Source of the DNA: Podospora anserina
Lineage: Eukaryota
Length of the DNA stretch: 64,000 nt
NCBI GenBank assembly: GCA_017654855.1
Contig: CM030335.1
Span: 3,596,001 to 3,660,000, forward strand
Direction: 5' to 3'
A program made the position numbers and the translations under genes. The notes beneath the pieces were generated by a model. The model did no database searches. It worked only from the letters and a program-made list of their open reading frames with translations, and was not told the DNA's origin. Of this stretch, positions 1 to 9,344 are shown piece after piece. How positions within the stretch are numbered: position 1 is the stretch's first letter; every line of letters begins with the position of its first letter.

Positions 1-638
1 GACAGTCGCAGCCGGCTACCGCGCCCAGATGCTCTCCTACGCCTCCGCCCTCAGCAACAACAACACAGCCTTCTACAACCTCGTCCTCCAAGGCGGCTCC
101 GCCAGCGGCCTGCTCGTCGACCTCCACCCCTTGAGCAGGGGAACGGTCAATGTCAACCCGGCCAACCCGCACAACACCGAGCCGCAGGTGGACTACCGCG
201 CCCTGGCCAACCCCCTGGACGCGACCATCATGGGTGACATTGTCCGCTTCACGAGGAAGTACTACCTTGATAACCCCAAGACCAAAGACTGGGGCGGAAG
301 GGAGGTCTCCCCCGGCGCGAGCGTGACGACGGACGAGCAGCTGGCGACGTTTTTGAGCAGCTCCCTGAGCCCGAGCGTGTATCACCCCGCGGGGACGTGT
401 GCGATGATGCCGTTGGAGCTAGGTGGTGTGGTGGACGAGGAGCTCAAGGTGTACGGCGTCAAGAACTTGAGGGTCGTGGATGCGAGTGTCATCCCGACAC
501 TGCCGGGGGCAAACACTTGCCAGACGGTGTATGCTGTTGCCGAAAAGGTATGTGTTATCCAAACAAAGATGGTAAACTCGCGACTGACATTTATCACAGG
601 CGGCGGACCTCATCCGATATGGCGCACCAAAGGTCTAA
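1..638 (+). CDS. GMC oxidoreductase (AA3-type), C-terminal part; 5' end lies outside the window
   Basis: Motifs LHPLSRGTV, VYHPAGTCAMM (catalytic His), GGVVDEELKVYGVKNLRVVDASVIP and GANT (His/Asn pair). Intron 548-599 (GTATGT..CTGAC..CAG) joins to last exon AADLIRYGAPKV*, stop at 636-638. Confidence 0.9.
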
Positions 639-835
639 GTAAGCGGCGGCAGTAGGTCGTATGAATATTTCGAATGCGACGAATAATATGCAAATTTGAA
701 AAGCCTTTTCATGTTGTGATTGTACATATTATTTCTCTAATTCGCCGATGTATCAGTAAACCACTGGTGCCTGTCCCAAAAAGCAAATCAGACTCCTGAA
801 CTCCAGTCCATGCGTGTTCTACCTATACGTTGCCT

Positions 836-2003
836 TTACTTTGTCTCCTGTTGCTGTACTTCCGGCTCTGGTGGTTGCGTCTGTTGCATTTCGGCGCCCT
901 GACCATGCTCTTCTTTCCATAGCCTCTTCTCCTCCCTCAAATCCCGTCTCACCCACTCAACCGAGATCCAAGTCCAGACGATGGTGAAGACCAGCGGGGT
1001 AGCCCATCCTATTACACATCGTTAGCACATTCCCCCTAAGGGGTATCTCAGACTCCCACCCCTTAGACAGAAACTTACCAATACCATAGGCAATATAATA
1101 ATGCACACACCAGATCGTCACCAGTGTCCCAACCCCAAACACCAACGATCCCACGGCCCAAAACCAATTCTGAACCGCAATCATCCTCCTAAACCTCTTA
1201 CTCGCCGCATACCTCGCAAAGACAGCCCGTCTATACTCCACCCCAGCCCCGCCATCGACCCCAACGATATCCTCAATAATCGTCAGCACCAACGGCGGCA
1301 CCCTCTCCCCTTTGCTCACGCTCGAAATCTTGAACGGCGCCTTCCTTCCCGTGGCATTCATCCACCCCGCCCACGTAAGCTGAACCCCCATCTGGATCAA
1401 AAACAAACTAACCGGGATGGCCAGCACCTTCACCGGCGGGTTATGCGGAATCGAACCCCCTATCAAAATCCCAGACATGACTGTGTACCCAAAACTGAGC
1501 GTGTGATGTGTAAAATCAAAACTCCACTTTGTTGCCCCCGGTGGACGGTATTGATCGCCCTTCAGGATGAGCTTCAACATCCGGAGACCAAACTCGATGC
1601 CGGTAACAATGCCGAAAAACGACGTCACGATGGCGAAGACGAGGCCTGGACGGAGCGAGGTGCTCGCCGAGATTCCATAGTAGAGGATGATGGGTAACAA
1701 GGAGGACTCGATGACGAGGAGGGCGACGATGATGGAGAGCTTGAGCTTGTAGTCGAGGATGCGGTAGTTGAGCCGAGGCAGGCCGGGGTATTCCTCGAAC
1801 GAGGCGACGGGGAGGCCGCGGGGGTCTTCGGGGTGGGCGCCGACGCCGTGGTGGGTTTCGGTCATGGCTGTTACCGCGCCCTCACAGACCGTGGTCGAGG
1901 TGGAGGATGAGTTTAGCCCTGTTGGCGGGTCATTCTTCAGGTTGCTCGTGGCTGTCGATGCGGTGGTGGTGGTTGGGTAGGGCAGATGGGTGTCTTCTGC
2001 CAT
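836..2003 (-). CDS. Multi-pass membrane protein of unknown function
   Basis: Long ORF with about 6 hydrophobic segments. Intron 1078-1009 (GTAAGT..GCTAAC..TAG) joins to GWATPLVFTIVWTWISVEW...KEEHG...ETK*. Confidence 0.75.
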
Positions 2004-2617
2004 GCTGGGTGTTTTGTGTTGGTTTTTTTTTTTTCGTCGTGAGTATCAAATATGCTTCAAATCTGAAGAGTTGTAAAAAGCAGACAATAGAGAAGACAGT
2101 GGGAATAGATCAGGGGAAACCATGGCCATGATGATGGTAGGCCGGAGCAGGAGGAAGAAAAAAGGGACGACTCGCTGTGGTGACGCCGCAGGACGATCTG
2201 CAGGAAAGAAAGACCAGGCGGCTCATCATAGCCAGAGGCTTTTGGCATTGTTGGGTCTATGCAAACAGGCCGAATGACGTCCATTTGGCGGTGCAACGAC
2301 CATTTGTTTTGGTAGGAACAGTCTCGGCAGACGTCGTGGACTTGCGTCAGGCTATGATGTCATTGTCAGCCCGCCGCCCCACCTGCCGAACTCAATCGGA
2401 CCCTTGCATGTCGATCAATGCAGCTCTAACCCCAACCCTCAAACTGCACCATCGGGATTAGATGACCCCCAGACTCCCGCAGAGACAAGAAAGAAACTGA
2501 CCACAGTCGACCACTCGGACAAAAAACGGCAACCCCGGGTGTTTTTGGAAGAAAATGAGTAATTGGTTTCCTATGATGAATGGCGAGCATCACGCATGGT
2601 CAAAAATGACAAAAGAA

Positions 2618-2699
2618 CGACGCGAGCCGGATTTGAACCGACGCCTCCGAAGAGATGAGATTTCGAGTCTCACGCATTAGACCACTCTGCCATCGCGCC
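2618..2699 (-). tRNA. tRNA-Ser(CGA)
   Basis: Reverse complement GGCGCGATGGCAGAGTGGTCTAATGCGTGAGACTCGAAATCTCATCTCTTCGGAGGCGTCGGTTCAAATCCGGCTCGCGTCG. Acceptor stem, D-loop GG, anticodon loop CT-CGA-AA, long variable arm, GGTTCAAATCC T-loop, G discriminator, downstream T-run. Confidence 0.95.
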
Positions 2700-3112
2700 T
2701 TAACCTTGGTTGAATTTTCTTGACGATCTTGTGCTCATGACGCGATGTCGTCTGTTGACGAGCGAAACATCTAAGAAACCGAAGACTTCACCTCCTTCAC
2801 TTCGTCTCATTCAGTGCCTCATTCCCAAGAAAATAACACTGGGTCTCAATCTGGCAGCATCAAGAATTGCAAAAAGGGTATAAACTGTTCGAGGATACAA
2901 CATTCTGGTATCAAGAGCTATTAACCCATTTCCTCCACACGCAAAGGTCTACCCTCTATGTACTCCCCGCCATCTCGCAGTCCAAACAAAAGAAACTCGA
3001 CCAAAAAACAGGGCTAAACAGAGTTGGTATCATGAAAAAAGATATGCTAGAATGAAACCCCTTTTCCACCCTCATCCAGTTCCCACAAGAACGGCTGTGC
3101 TAAAACACAGAA

Positions 3113-5857
3113 TTATATCTCATCCTCAAAGAACTTGATCAAAGTTCTCGTCCCACTGACACCCAGCCCCATAAAGGGATAGCAAATATACACCAAGTCG
3201 TTCTTCGTACCAAACTTTTCTCTGAACTCGCTCTTCTGCACCAGTCTCAGCTGCTGCGCAACCGTCCTGTAAGTCTTGCTCAGGATCTTGGCCCGGATGC
3301 CATCCAGGTTTCCGCCCGTGACCATCTCGGGCAGGGCTCCCGCGCCAAACGTGACATGCTGAATGCCGGCCTTGGCCAACATTTGGATCGAGGCCGAGAT
3401 GAGCGCCTCGATCGTGCCGTTGGGGGAGTCGGGGAAGTCCAGAGCAAACTTGATCTGGTACCCGTTCTGCGGCGACAGCTTATGGAGCACGCAGAAGGCT
3501 GCAATCTCCCCTTCTTTGGTCTCGGCCCAGAGATAGCGCCTGTGCTCCATGTCGACCCAGGGTCTGACCTCGGTGATGTGAACCTGTCTACCCGTACGGC
3601 CGGCCTTCCAGTCTTCAATCCTCTTGTCGATCCTCTTGCGCAGCTCCTCGGGGACGGGCTCGTCGATGGGCTGCTCCTTGATGATGACACCGGCGTCTTC
3701 TGCCTGGCGCTCCTTCTTGGCCACCTTCTTCGCATCGGCGATGGTGACACGCTCTTCGGCCACGCAGCTCAACGTGCGCCAGCCGAGCTTCGACCCAAGG
3801 ATCTCTTCAATTTCCGCAGAAACCAATAGCCACAGGGGTCGAAGGTCCTTTTGCGAGCGCATGTGCTTCAAAAAGTCACGAATGACAATGTTGTACTGAT
3901 GTGGGTCACACAGGGGATTACCCATCACGAGAGCGTAGCCGTTCTCTTCAGCGTAGCCAATTGCGGCTCCCGTGGGCTCGTGCCGCCAGACGTGGTACCG
4001 ATCATCAAGCCAGGACGTGTTCGTGGCATCACCATAATTGGCAATAAGCTTCTCAACCGTGGGCATCTCGAGGTTGGGGTAGCCGTGCTCGAAGTCGTAA
4101 GCGTAGCGGATCGTGTCGGCTTCGGGGTGAGGAAGGCGCACAACTTCAGCCTTTTGCTCAGGAAGTGACTTGGGATCGCGGGGGAAGAGCGAGGCGTTGC
4201 GGATGTCGCCCAGGCTGAGCATCAGGAAGATGATGCGCTCAAGACCGATACCGCAGCCTGCGTGAGGGAGCACGCCATACTCGAAGCCCTGGAGGTACTC
4301 CTGCATGCCAAATGGCTCAATGCCCGCCTTCTTCATGCGCTCGACGAGGACATCCGGCTTGTGGATGCGCTGTCCACCGGTCGTAATCTCCTGACCGCGC
4401 AGGAATATGTCGAATGAGTTGGTGAACCGCGGGTCCTCTTCGTCGGGATGGGTGTAAAAGGGGCGGACAGAAGCAGGGAACTTGTCGATGATGTAATAGT
4501 CGGTATTATACTTCTTCTTGATGACCTCGCCAAGACGGATCTCAGCGCGCGTGCTGAGGTCTTCAAGCTCGGAAGCCGGCTTTCCATGGTCGTCGGTCCA
4601 GCCGGACTCGTTCAACAAAGCGATGGCCTCCTTGAAGGTAAAAACTGGGGTCTTCTCCAGCCAGACGAGATCCTCATGGGGGAACCTAGTCTTGATGATC
4701 TCGATCTCTCTGCGGAAACGCGTGTAGATACCCTTGAAGATGCTCTTCATCATGTCGTCGATAATGTTCAAGGCTTCGTGGTAGTCACTGTTGATGGCCA
4801 TCTCCAAATCCAACCCAGTGTACTCCGTCAGATGGCGATGCGTGTTGCTGTCTTCGGCACGGAACACGGGGCCAATCTCAAACACGCGGCCAAAGTCTGC
4901 CGAGATGCTCAGCTGCTTGGAGAGCTGCGGGCTCTGGGCCAGGAAGGCAGTGCGTCCAAAATAGTTAACCTTGAAGACCTCAGCGCCCGACTCTGTGGCG
5001 GCAGGCATGAGCTTGGGTGTGTGAATCTCAATGAAGCCATGGCCCTCGAGCACCGAACGGAAGATGCTGCAGATGCCGCTGTTGATGCGGAAGATGGACT
5101 GGGCGGTAGGTGTTCTGAGGTAGGCGAGACGGTTGGCTACTCTGACTCTGGTGGAGGCCAAGGATTCGAGCTGGTGAGACTCCTCGTCCATCTCAACAAG
5201 GTCGATGGAGAAGACATCGACTGGCAAGTGTTCCTTCACAGGAACAACCAGGTGCATGCTCTCAACAAGCACCTCGAGGTCGTGAATGGAGCACCCCTTG
5301 ACCTCCTCTGGTGGCCTCTGCAGTGTGCCCTTGACGTGGACATGACTCTCAGTCATCAGATGCTCGGCCCATCGAACAAAGTTTTCGGTGATGTGGCCCT
5401 CCTTGTAGGCTACCACACCTTGTATCGTCTCAATCTGTTCGCGGAACACAATGAAGGCTAGCTTGGAGCTGAGGGAACGTGTGTGGTGTATTCTCGCGAT
5501 GAACTCGATCTGTTTGCCGGCATTATCGGGGTTGGCGGCAAGGCGCTGCACGGAGTCGGTTTCCACCAGAACATCGCTAGTCTTGGTGCCATATCGCGCC
5601 GCAATCTCAGGGGGGTCGGTAGAAAGGGCGCGTTCTTCCTCCTCTTTGCGGCGCTGTTGAAAAGACCGTCGCTCCTCCTCCTTTTCGTCTTGCTTGACGC
5701 GTTGCTCAAGGGCCTTCTTCAATTTCTTCTCCTCGCGTTCACTGTCGAGAGCAGCAATGTTGCCAATTTTGGGCTTGGTCATGTGATTCTTTGCCGACTG
5801 GTGGCCGATGATGCGATTCAGAGCCAAGAGAGGCTTTTTGAAGCTGCCTGGCGACAT
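3113..5857 (-). CDS. erdS: Aspartyl-tRNA synthetase fused to a C-terminal DUF2156 (aminoacyl-tRNA transferase) domain; ergosteryl-3beta-O-aspartate synthase-like
   Basis: OB-fold anticodon-binding domain (ARIHHTR..LAFIVFRE), LAQSPQ, motif 2 FRAEDSNTHRHLTE and motif 3 GCGIGLER. About 330 extra residues follow (LIANYGDATNTSW, LVMGNPLC, GYQIKFALDF, GTIEALI, TFGAG, FREKFG), typical of the Fem/GNAT-like DUF2156 fold. First ATG at 5857; the ORF track starts at an upstream GTG. Confidence 0.9.
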   Translation of the reverse strand: MSPGSFKKPLLALNRIIGHQSAKNHMTKPKIGNIAALDSEREEKKLKKALEQRVKQDEKEEERRSFQQRRKEEEERALSTDPPEIAARYGTKTSDVLVETDSVQRLAANPDNAGKQIEFIARIHHTRSLSSKLAFIVFREQIETIQGVVAYKEGHITENFVRWAEHLMTESHVHVKGTLQRPPEEVKGCSIHDLEVLVESMHLVVPVKEHLPVDVFSIDLVEMDEESHQLESLASTRVRVANRLAYLRTPTAQSIFRINSGICSIFRSVLEGHGFIEIHTPKLMPAATESGAEVFKVNYFGRTAFLAQSPQLSKQLSISADFGRVFEIGPVFRAEDSNTHRHLTEYTGLDLEMAINSDYHEALNIIDDMMKSIFKGIYTRFRREIEIIKTRFPHEDLVWLEKTPVFTFKEAIALLNESGWTDDHGKPASELEDLSTRAEIRLGEVIKKKYNTDYYIIDKFPASVRPFYTHPDEEDPRFTNSFDIFLRGQEITTGGQRIHKPDVLVERMKKAGIEPFGMQEYLQGFEYGVLPHAGCGIGLERIIFLMLSLGDIRNASLFPRDPKSLPEQKAEVVRLPHPEADTIRYAYDFEHGYPNLEMPTVEKLIANYGDATNTSWLDDRYHVWRHEPTGAAIGYAEENGYALVMGNPLCDPHQYNIVIRDFLKHMRSQKDLRPLWLLVSAEIEEILGSKLGWRTLSCVAEERVTIADAKKVAKKERQAEDAGVIIKEQPIDEPVPEELRKRIDKRIEDWKAGRTGRQVHITEVRPWVDMEHRRYLWAETKEGEIAAFCVLHKLSPQNGYQIKFALDFPDSPNGTIEALISASIQMLAKAGIQHVTFGAGALPEMVTGGNLDGIRAKILSKTYRTVAQQLRLVQKSEFREKFGTKNDLVYICYPFMGLGVSGTRTLIKFFEDEI

Positions 5858-6982
5858 GTTGGACGGCCAAGGCGGGTGATTGTCGAGATCTTCAGACGCG
5901 CGCGGGGTAGATGCAGCTGGGTTGGGTATGCTCCGGAGAAGTGAGAAATGGGGGATGAGGTTGGGTTCCACAAGATGGGGATGTGATGTGCTTTTGTCAA
6001 GCCTAACAGCTTGACGTCAGCGGTGCAAGCTGCTCTTGATGGTCAAGCACTAGTATAGGTAGCGTACTTTTGTCAAGTAGGCAGTAGGTGGAGAAAGTCA
6101 AAACGAAAAGAGACCAACAATCGAGGATTAAATACGGATCGGGGTGGTTGTGGTTGTGGTGGTCGTGCGTGTTGTGTACCTGCTTTTAGGTACGAAGGTT
6201 CCTGAAGCTGCCAGGGCGGGAATACCTGTTTAAGCACTAAGAATAGGGATGGTTTATTCCCATCAAGCTTTTCGGACGGAGTTCGGCACGCTTTGTCTTT
6301 CCCAGTTCGTGCCTGGACCGCTGTTTGTTTCGCGAAAACAATCAGCATGCCTTTCTCTTGGGCACGACAGCCACTCTCCTTCCTTATTTCTGCGGGCTAT
6401 GTGTCATCGATTCCCCGCCGACGCCAAACACCACGATTTGAGTGGGTGAGTGGCTTCCTGGGTACCACCAGCGGAGCAAGTTGCCCGGTGTTCATGCACT
6501 CTTCCATGTGAAGATGAGGCCCAGGGGCTAGCACCGATGACATCATCTATTCAGTGACGTCAGAGCGCAGTTTAGCATTTGTTTTTTGAGCTGAAACACA
6601 ACAGCAATCCGAGTCACATGATTTGCCAAGGCTGGAGGCTGGGAGGTGTCAACGGTGCCCCGCCATTTGCACAGAAGGCCCAGCCAATTATGGATATGCA
6701 TTTACATGGACCCCGGATTTCTGGAATGACATCAACAGCTCTTGGCTAGGCAGCTAGCTGTTGTCAGTGCTGTTTGAGGCTTGATAGCTGACGCCCTTCA
6801 GCGGCACTGCTTTTTGCTACTCCCATAATTTATCATCGAGCTGTCATTGACTGTTTTCTCCCATTGTTTCAGTAATTAGCAACTGATGAAACCCACACTT
6901 GTGCTATCCAGCGCGCCAAGAGCTGTCAAAGCTGTCCCGAACCATTGACCCCTGTCATCCATATCAACGACATCCATCCACC

Positions 6983-8101
6983 ATGTCCAAGATCCCCACC
7001 GTCGACGGCATTCCCATCCCCAACATCAACCTCATCGGCACACCGGCCCAGACACCCCAACCGACCGAGGAGGACAAAAAACCGTTAGAAACCGCCAAAG
7101 ATGCCGTTGGATCGCCCCCGTCCCGCACCTGGCTCAAAATATCGGCTAATTGGTGGAGGTCGCTGCAGTACATTGGCATGTCACTGCACTTCCTGGCCAA
7201 CCCGAAGCCTCCAAGCCCGGCCTTTACACATACCATTCCCTCTACCATCTCCGACAAGAAGGGCAACTTGACCCTTCATTTTTACACCCCTGAAGGGTAT
7301 GACAAGCGAAAAAAGACCAACCAGCTCTTCCCCGCCGTTATCAATTTCCACGGCGGAGGCTTCACCATCGGCGCCCCCACCGACGACGCCCGCTTCGCCC
7401 GCTTTGTCCTCGAAGAATGCAAGGCTGTCTATGTATCAGTCGAGTATCGTCTCAGCCCAGAGTACCCCTTCCCGGTAGCAGTCCAAGACGGCGCCGACGC
7501 CCTTCTCTACCTCATCCGTCACGGCCCAGAGCTATACATTGACCCTCACAAGCTCGCCACATCTGGCTTCTCGGCCGGTGGAAACATCGCCATAACATCT
7601 ACCATTTGCTTGTCTGAGCACCTCAAGACTCTGTCCGCGCCAGTCCCGCCGCATAACATCCGCGCCATCGCGACCTGGTACCCCATCTGCGATTACACCG
7701 AGTCCCGCGAGGTCAAGCGCGCGAGATGTGTGCGGCCGGACCAAACCCTTCCTGCGAACCTCACGTCGCTGTTTGACGCCTCGTATCTCTACCCTTCTGG
7801 AGTTAGCCTCGCCAGTCCGATATTATCGCCTACCAAGGCTTCCGACACACTGTTGAAGGAGGCGATTCCCGAAACGGTTATTTTCTACACGTGCGAGTGG
7901 GATATGCTCCAGTATGAAGGGGAGGAATTGGCCAAGAGACTGGGGAGAGCGCCGATAAACAAGACGGTCAAGCACAAGATGATCCCTGGGGTGCCGCATG
8001 CGTGGGATAAATCGCCTGACCCGACCAAGCCGGCGGCGGGCTCGGAGGAATTGTACAAGGAGTGCTGTGTGTATCTGAAGGAGGTGTTCAAGGGGAACTG
8101 A
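6983..8101 (+). CDS. erdH: Alpha/beta hydrolase (HSL-like, Abhydrolase_3); ergosteryl-aspartate hydrolase-like
   Basis: HGGGF oxyanion motif, YRLSPEYPFP, GFSAGG nucleophile, CEWD and PHAWD (Asp/His). Transcribed divergently from the AspRS-DUF2156 gene. The symbol rests on this synteny. Confidence 0.8.
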   Translation: MSKIPTVDGIPIPNINLIGTPAQTPQPTEEDKKPLETAKDAVGSPPSRTWLKISANWWRSLQYIGMSLHFLANPKPPSPAFTHTIPSTISDKKGNLTLHFYTPEGYDKRKKTNQLFPAVINFHGGGFTIGAPTDDARFARFVLEECKAVYVSVEYRLSPEYPFPVAVQDGADALLYLIRHGPELYIDPHKLATSGFSAGGNIAITSTICLSEHLKTLSAPVPPHNIRAIATWYPICDYTESREVKRARCVRPDQTLPANLTSLFDASYLYPSGVSLASPILSPTKASDTLLKEAIPETVIFYTCEWDMLQYEGEELAKRLGRAPINKTVKHKMIPGVPHAWDKSPDPTKPAAGSEELYKECCVYLKEVFKGN

Positions 8102-8280
8102 CTACGCTACACGAGGAGTTGTAGGATAATAGTACATACTAGATAGATGGCGTTAGGGGAGGGGGTTGGCATGACAGGTGATGAATTGATGAGGGAGGTC
8201 CCATTCTTTTTGTAACTATAAACGAGTCTAACAGTTTTACCAAACCATGTAATAACCACCATCCACCCAACCAAGCTCAC

Positions 8281-8721
8281 TTAGTACGGATCAATCGTCC
8301 CACACCACTTTGCATTCACGTCATCGAACCCCCACGTCTTCTCGTACTGCTGCTCGTAGGTGAAGCCTGCCCTGCCGAATCCACAATTTACTCCGATGTC
8401 GACCCAGGCGTCATAGACTTGGTCCCAGAGGCAGCCCTGGGGGCGCCGCTGGTCTGAATCACAGATGTAAGCGCGGGTGTTGTTGTAGACCCACGACACT
8501 TTGGTCCAGGGGGTCACGATGCCGCGGCAGTAGCCTATTAGGGAGCGGGCGGCGACTATCATGGAGGGGATGTCGAGGATGGTGTCCTTGCAGCCGATTT
8601 CGTAGCGGAGGGGGCGGGGGATGGGCGTGGTGTTTGGGGTGGAGGTGGGAGTTGGGGGGAAGGTGCTGGCGGTGGAGAGGGCAACTGTCGCGGGGATGAG
8701 AAGGAGCAGGAGGAGGTTCAT
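8281..8721 (-). CDS. Small secreted Cys-containing protein
   Basis: 146 aa, hydrophobic signal peptide MNLLLLLLIPATVALS, Pro/Thr linker, 6 Cys in the mature part. Confidence 0.7.
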   Translation of the reverse strand: MNLLLLLLIPATVALSTASTFPPTPTSTPNTTPIPRPLRYEIGCKDTILDIPSMIVAARSLIGYCRGIVTPWTKVSWVYNNTRAYICDSDQRRPQGCLWDQVYDAWVDIGVNCGFGRAGFTYEQQYEKTWGFDDVNAKWCGTIDPY

Positions 8722-9344
8722 GGTTGGCGGTTTGTCTTGTCTGGTGGGACAAGGTAGAATGTCCGATGTTTGGTGGTTTTCAGAATTCGGGCGGAATTAT
8801 TAATGTAGGTGCTAGGAGTTGAAGGTAACAGGATTGGGGAAAGATGTTGAATGCGGGCTCGCCACGATGTGCGAGGTTACCCATTGCCACGCCCGCATAG
8901 CTACTCAAGCCCGAAACGGGTGTACTTTCCTTCATGATGGACACAAGACTGCACAATGTGACTTTAGCGCCAGAAAAACAAGGGAGAGCGCAACAACTGC
9001 CTCAAATGATCGCTGTTTATACTTCCCAAGCTACTCGCTAACTGCTCCATACTGGATATCCTGCCTCCCTATTAGCCATGCTAGGGACAGTTTAGAGATA
9101 TCAAACATTCATTATATACCTATCCTAAAGGATAAATTGGAAAGCCTTGAGATATAGTTTTAAGGGTTTGAAAGATAAGGTGGTTAGGACCCCTCAAATG
9201 ATGGGTTTAGTGCATACCTTACCTATGATTTTATTTAAGACGCACCTGAGTATTGGTTGAATCAAAACAAGACATAAATTTTCAACGCTATCGGCTCAGT
9301 AAAGCATGCATCATACGGTACAAAAAAAGCGAAATACAAAACCC

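Noticed and set aside
2618-2699. tRNA gene right downstream of the AspRS fusion as a dedicated substrate
   Set aside because: Anticodon CGA and the long variable arm make it tRNA-Ser, not tRNA-Asp; the proximity is probably coincidental.
5858-5971. N-terminal extension of the AspRS fusion shown by the ORF track
   Set aside because: It starts at GTG; the first ATG is at 5857, which is the likelier eukaryotic start.
9000-9240. AT/TpA-rich patch flanked by an 11-bp direct repeat CCTCAAATGAT (9000 and 9192); possible RIP-mutated transposon scar
   Set aside because: No terminal inverted repeats, LTR ends or transposase remnant recognisable; it cannot be supported without a repeat library search.
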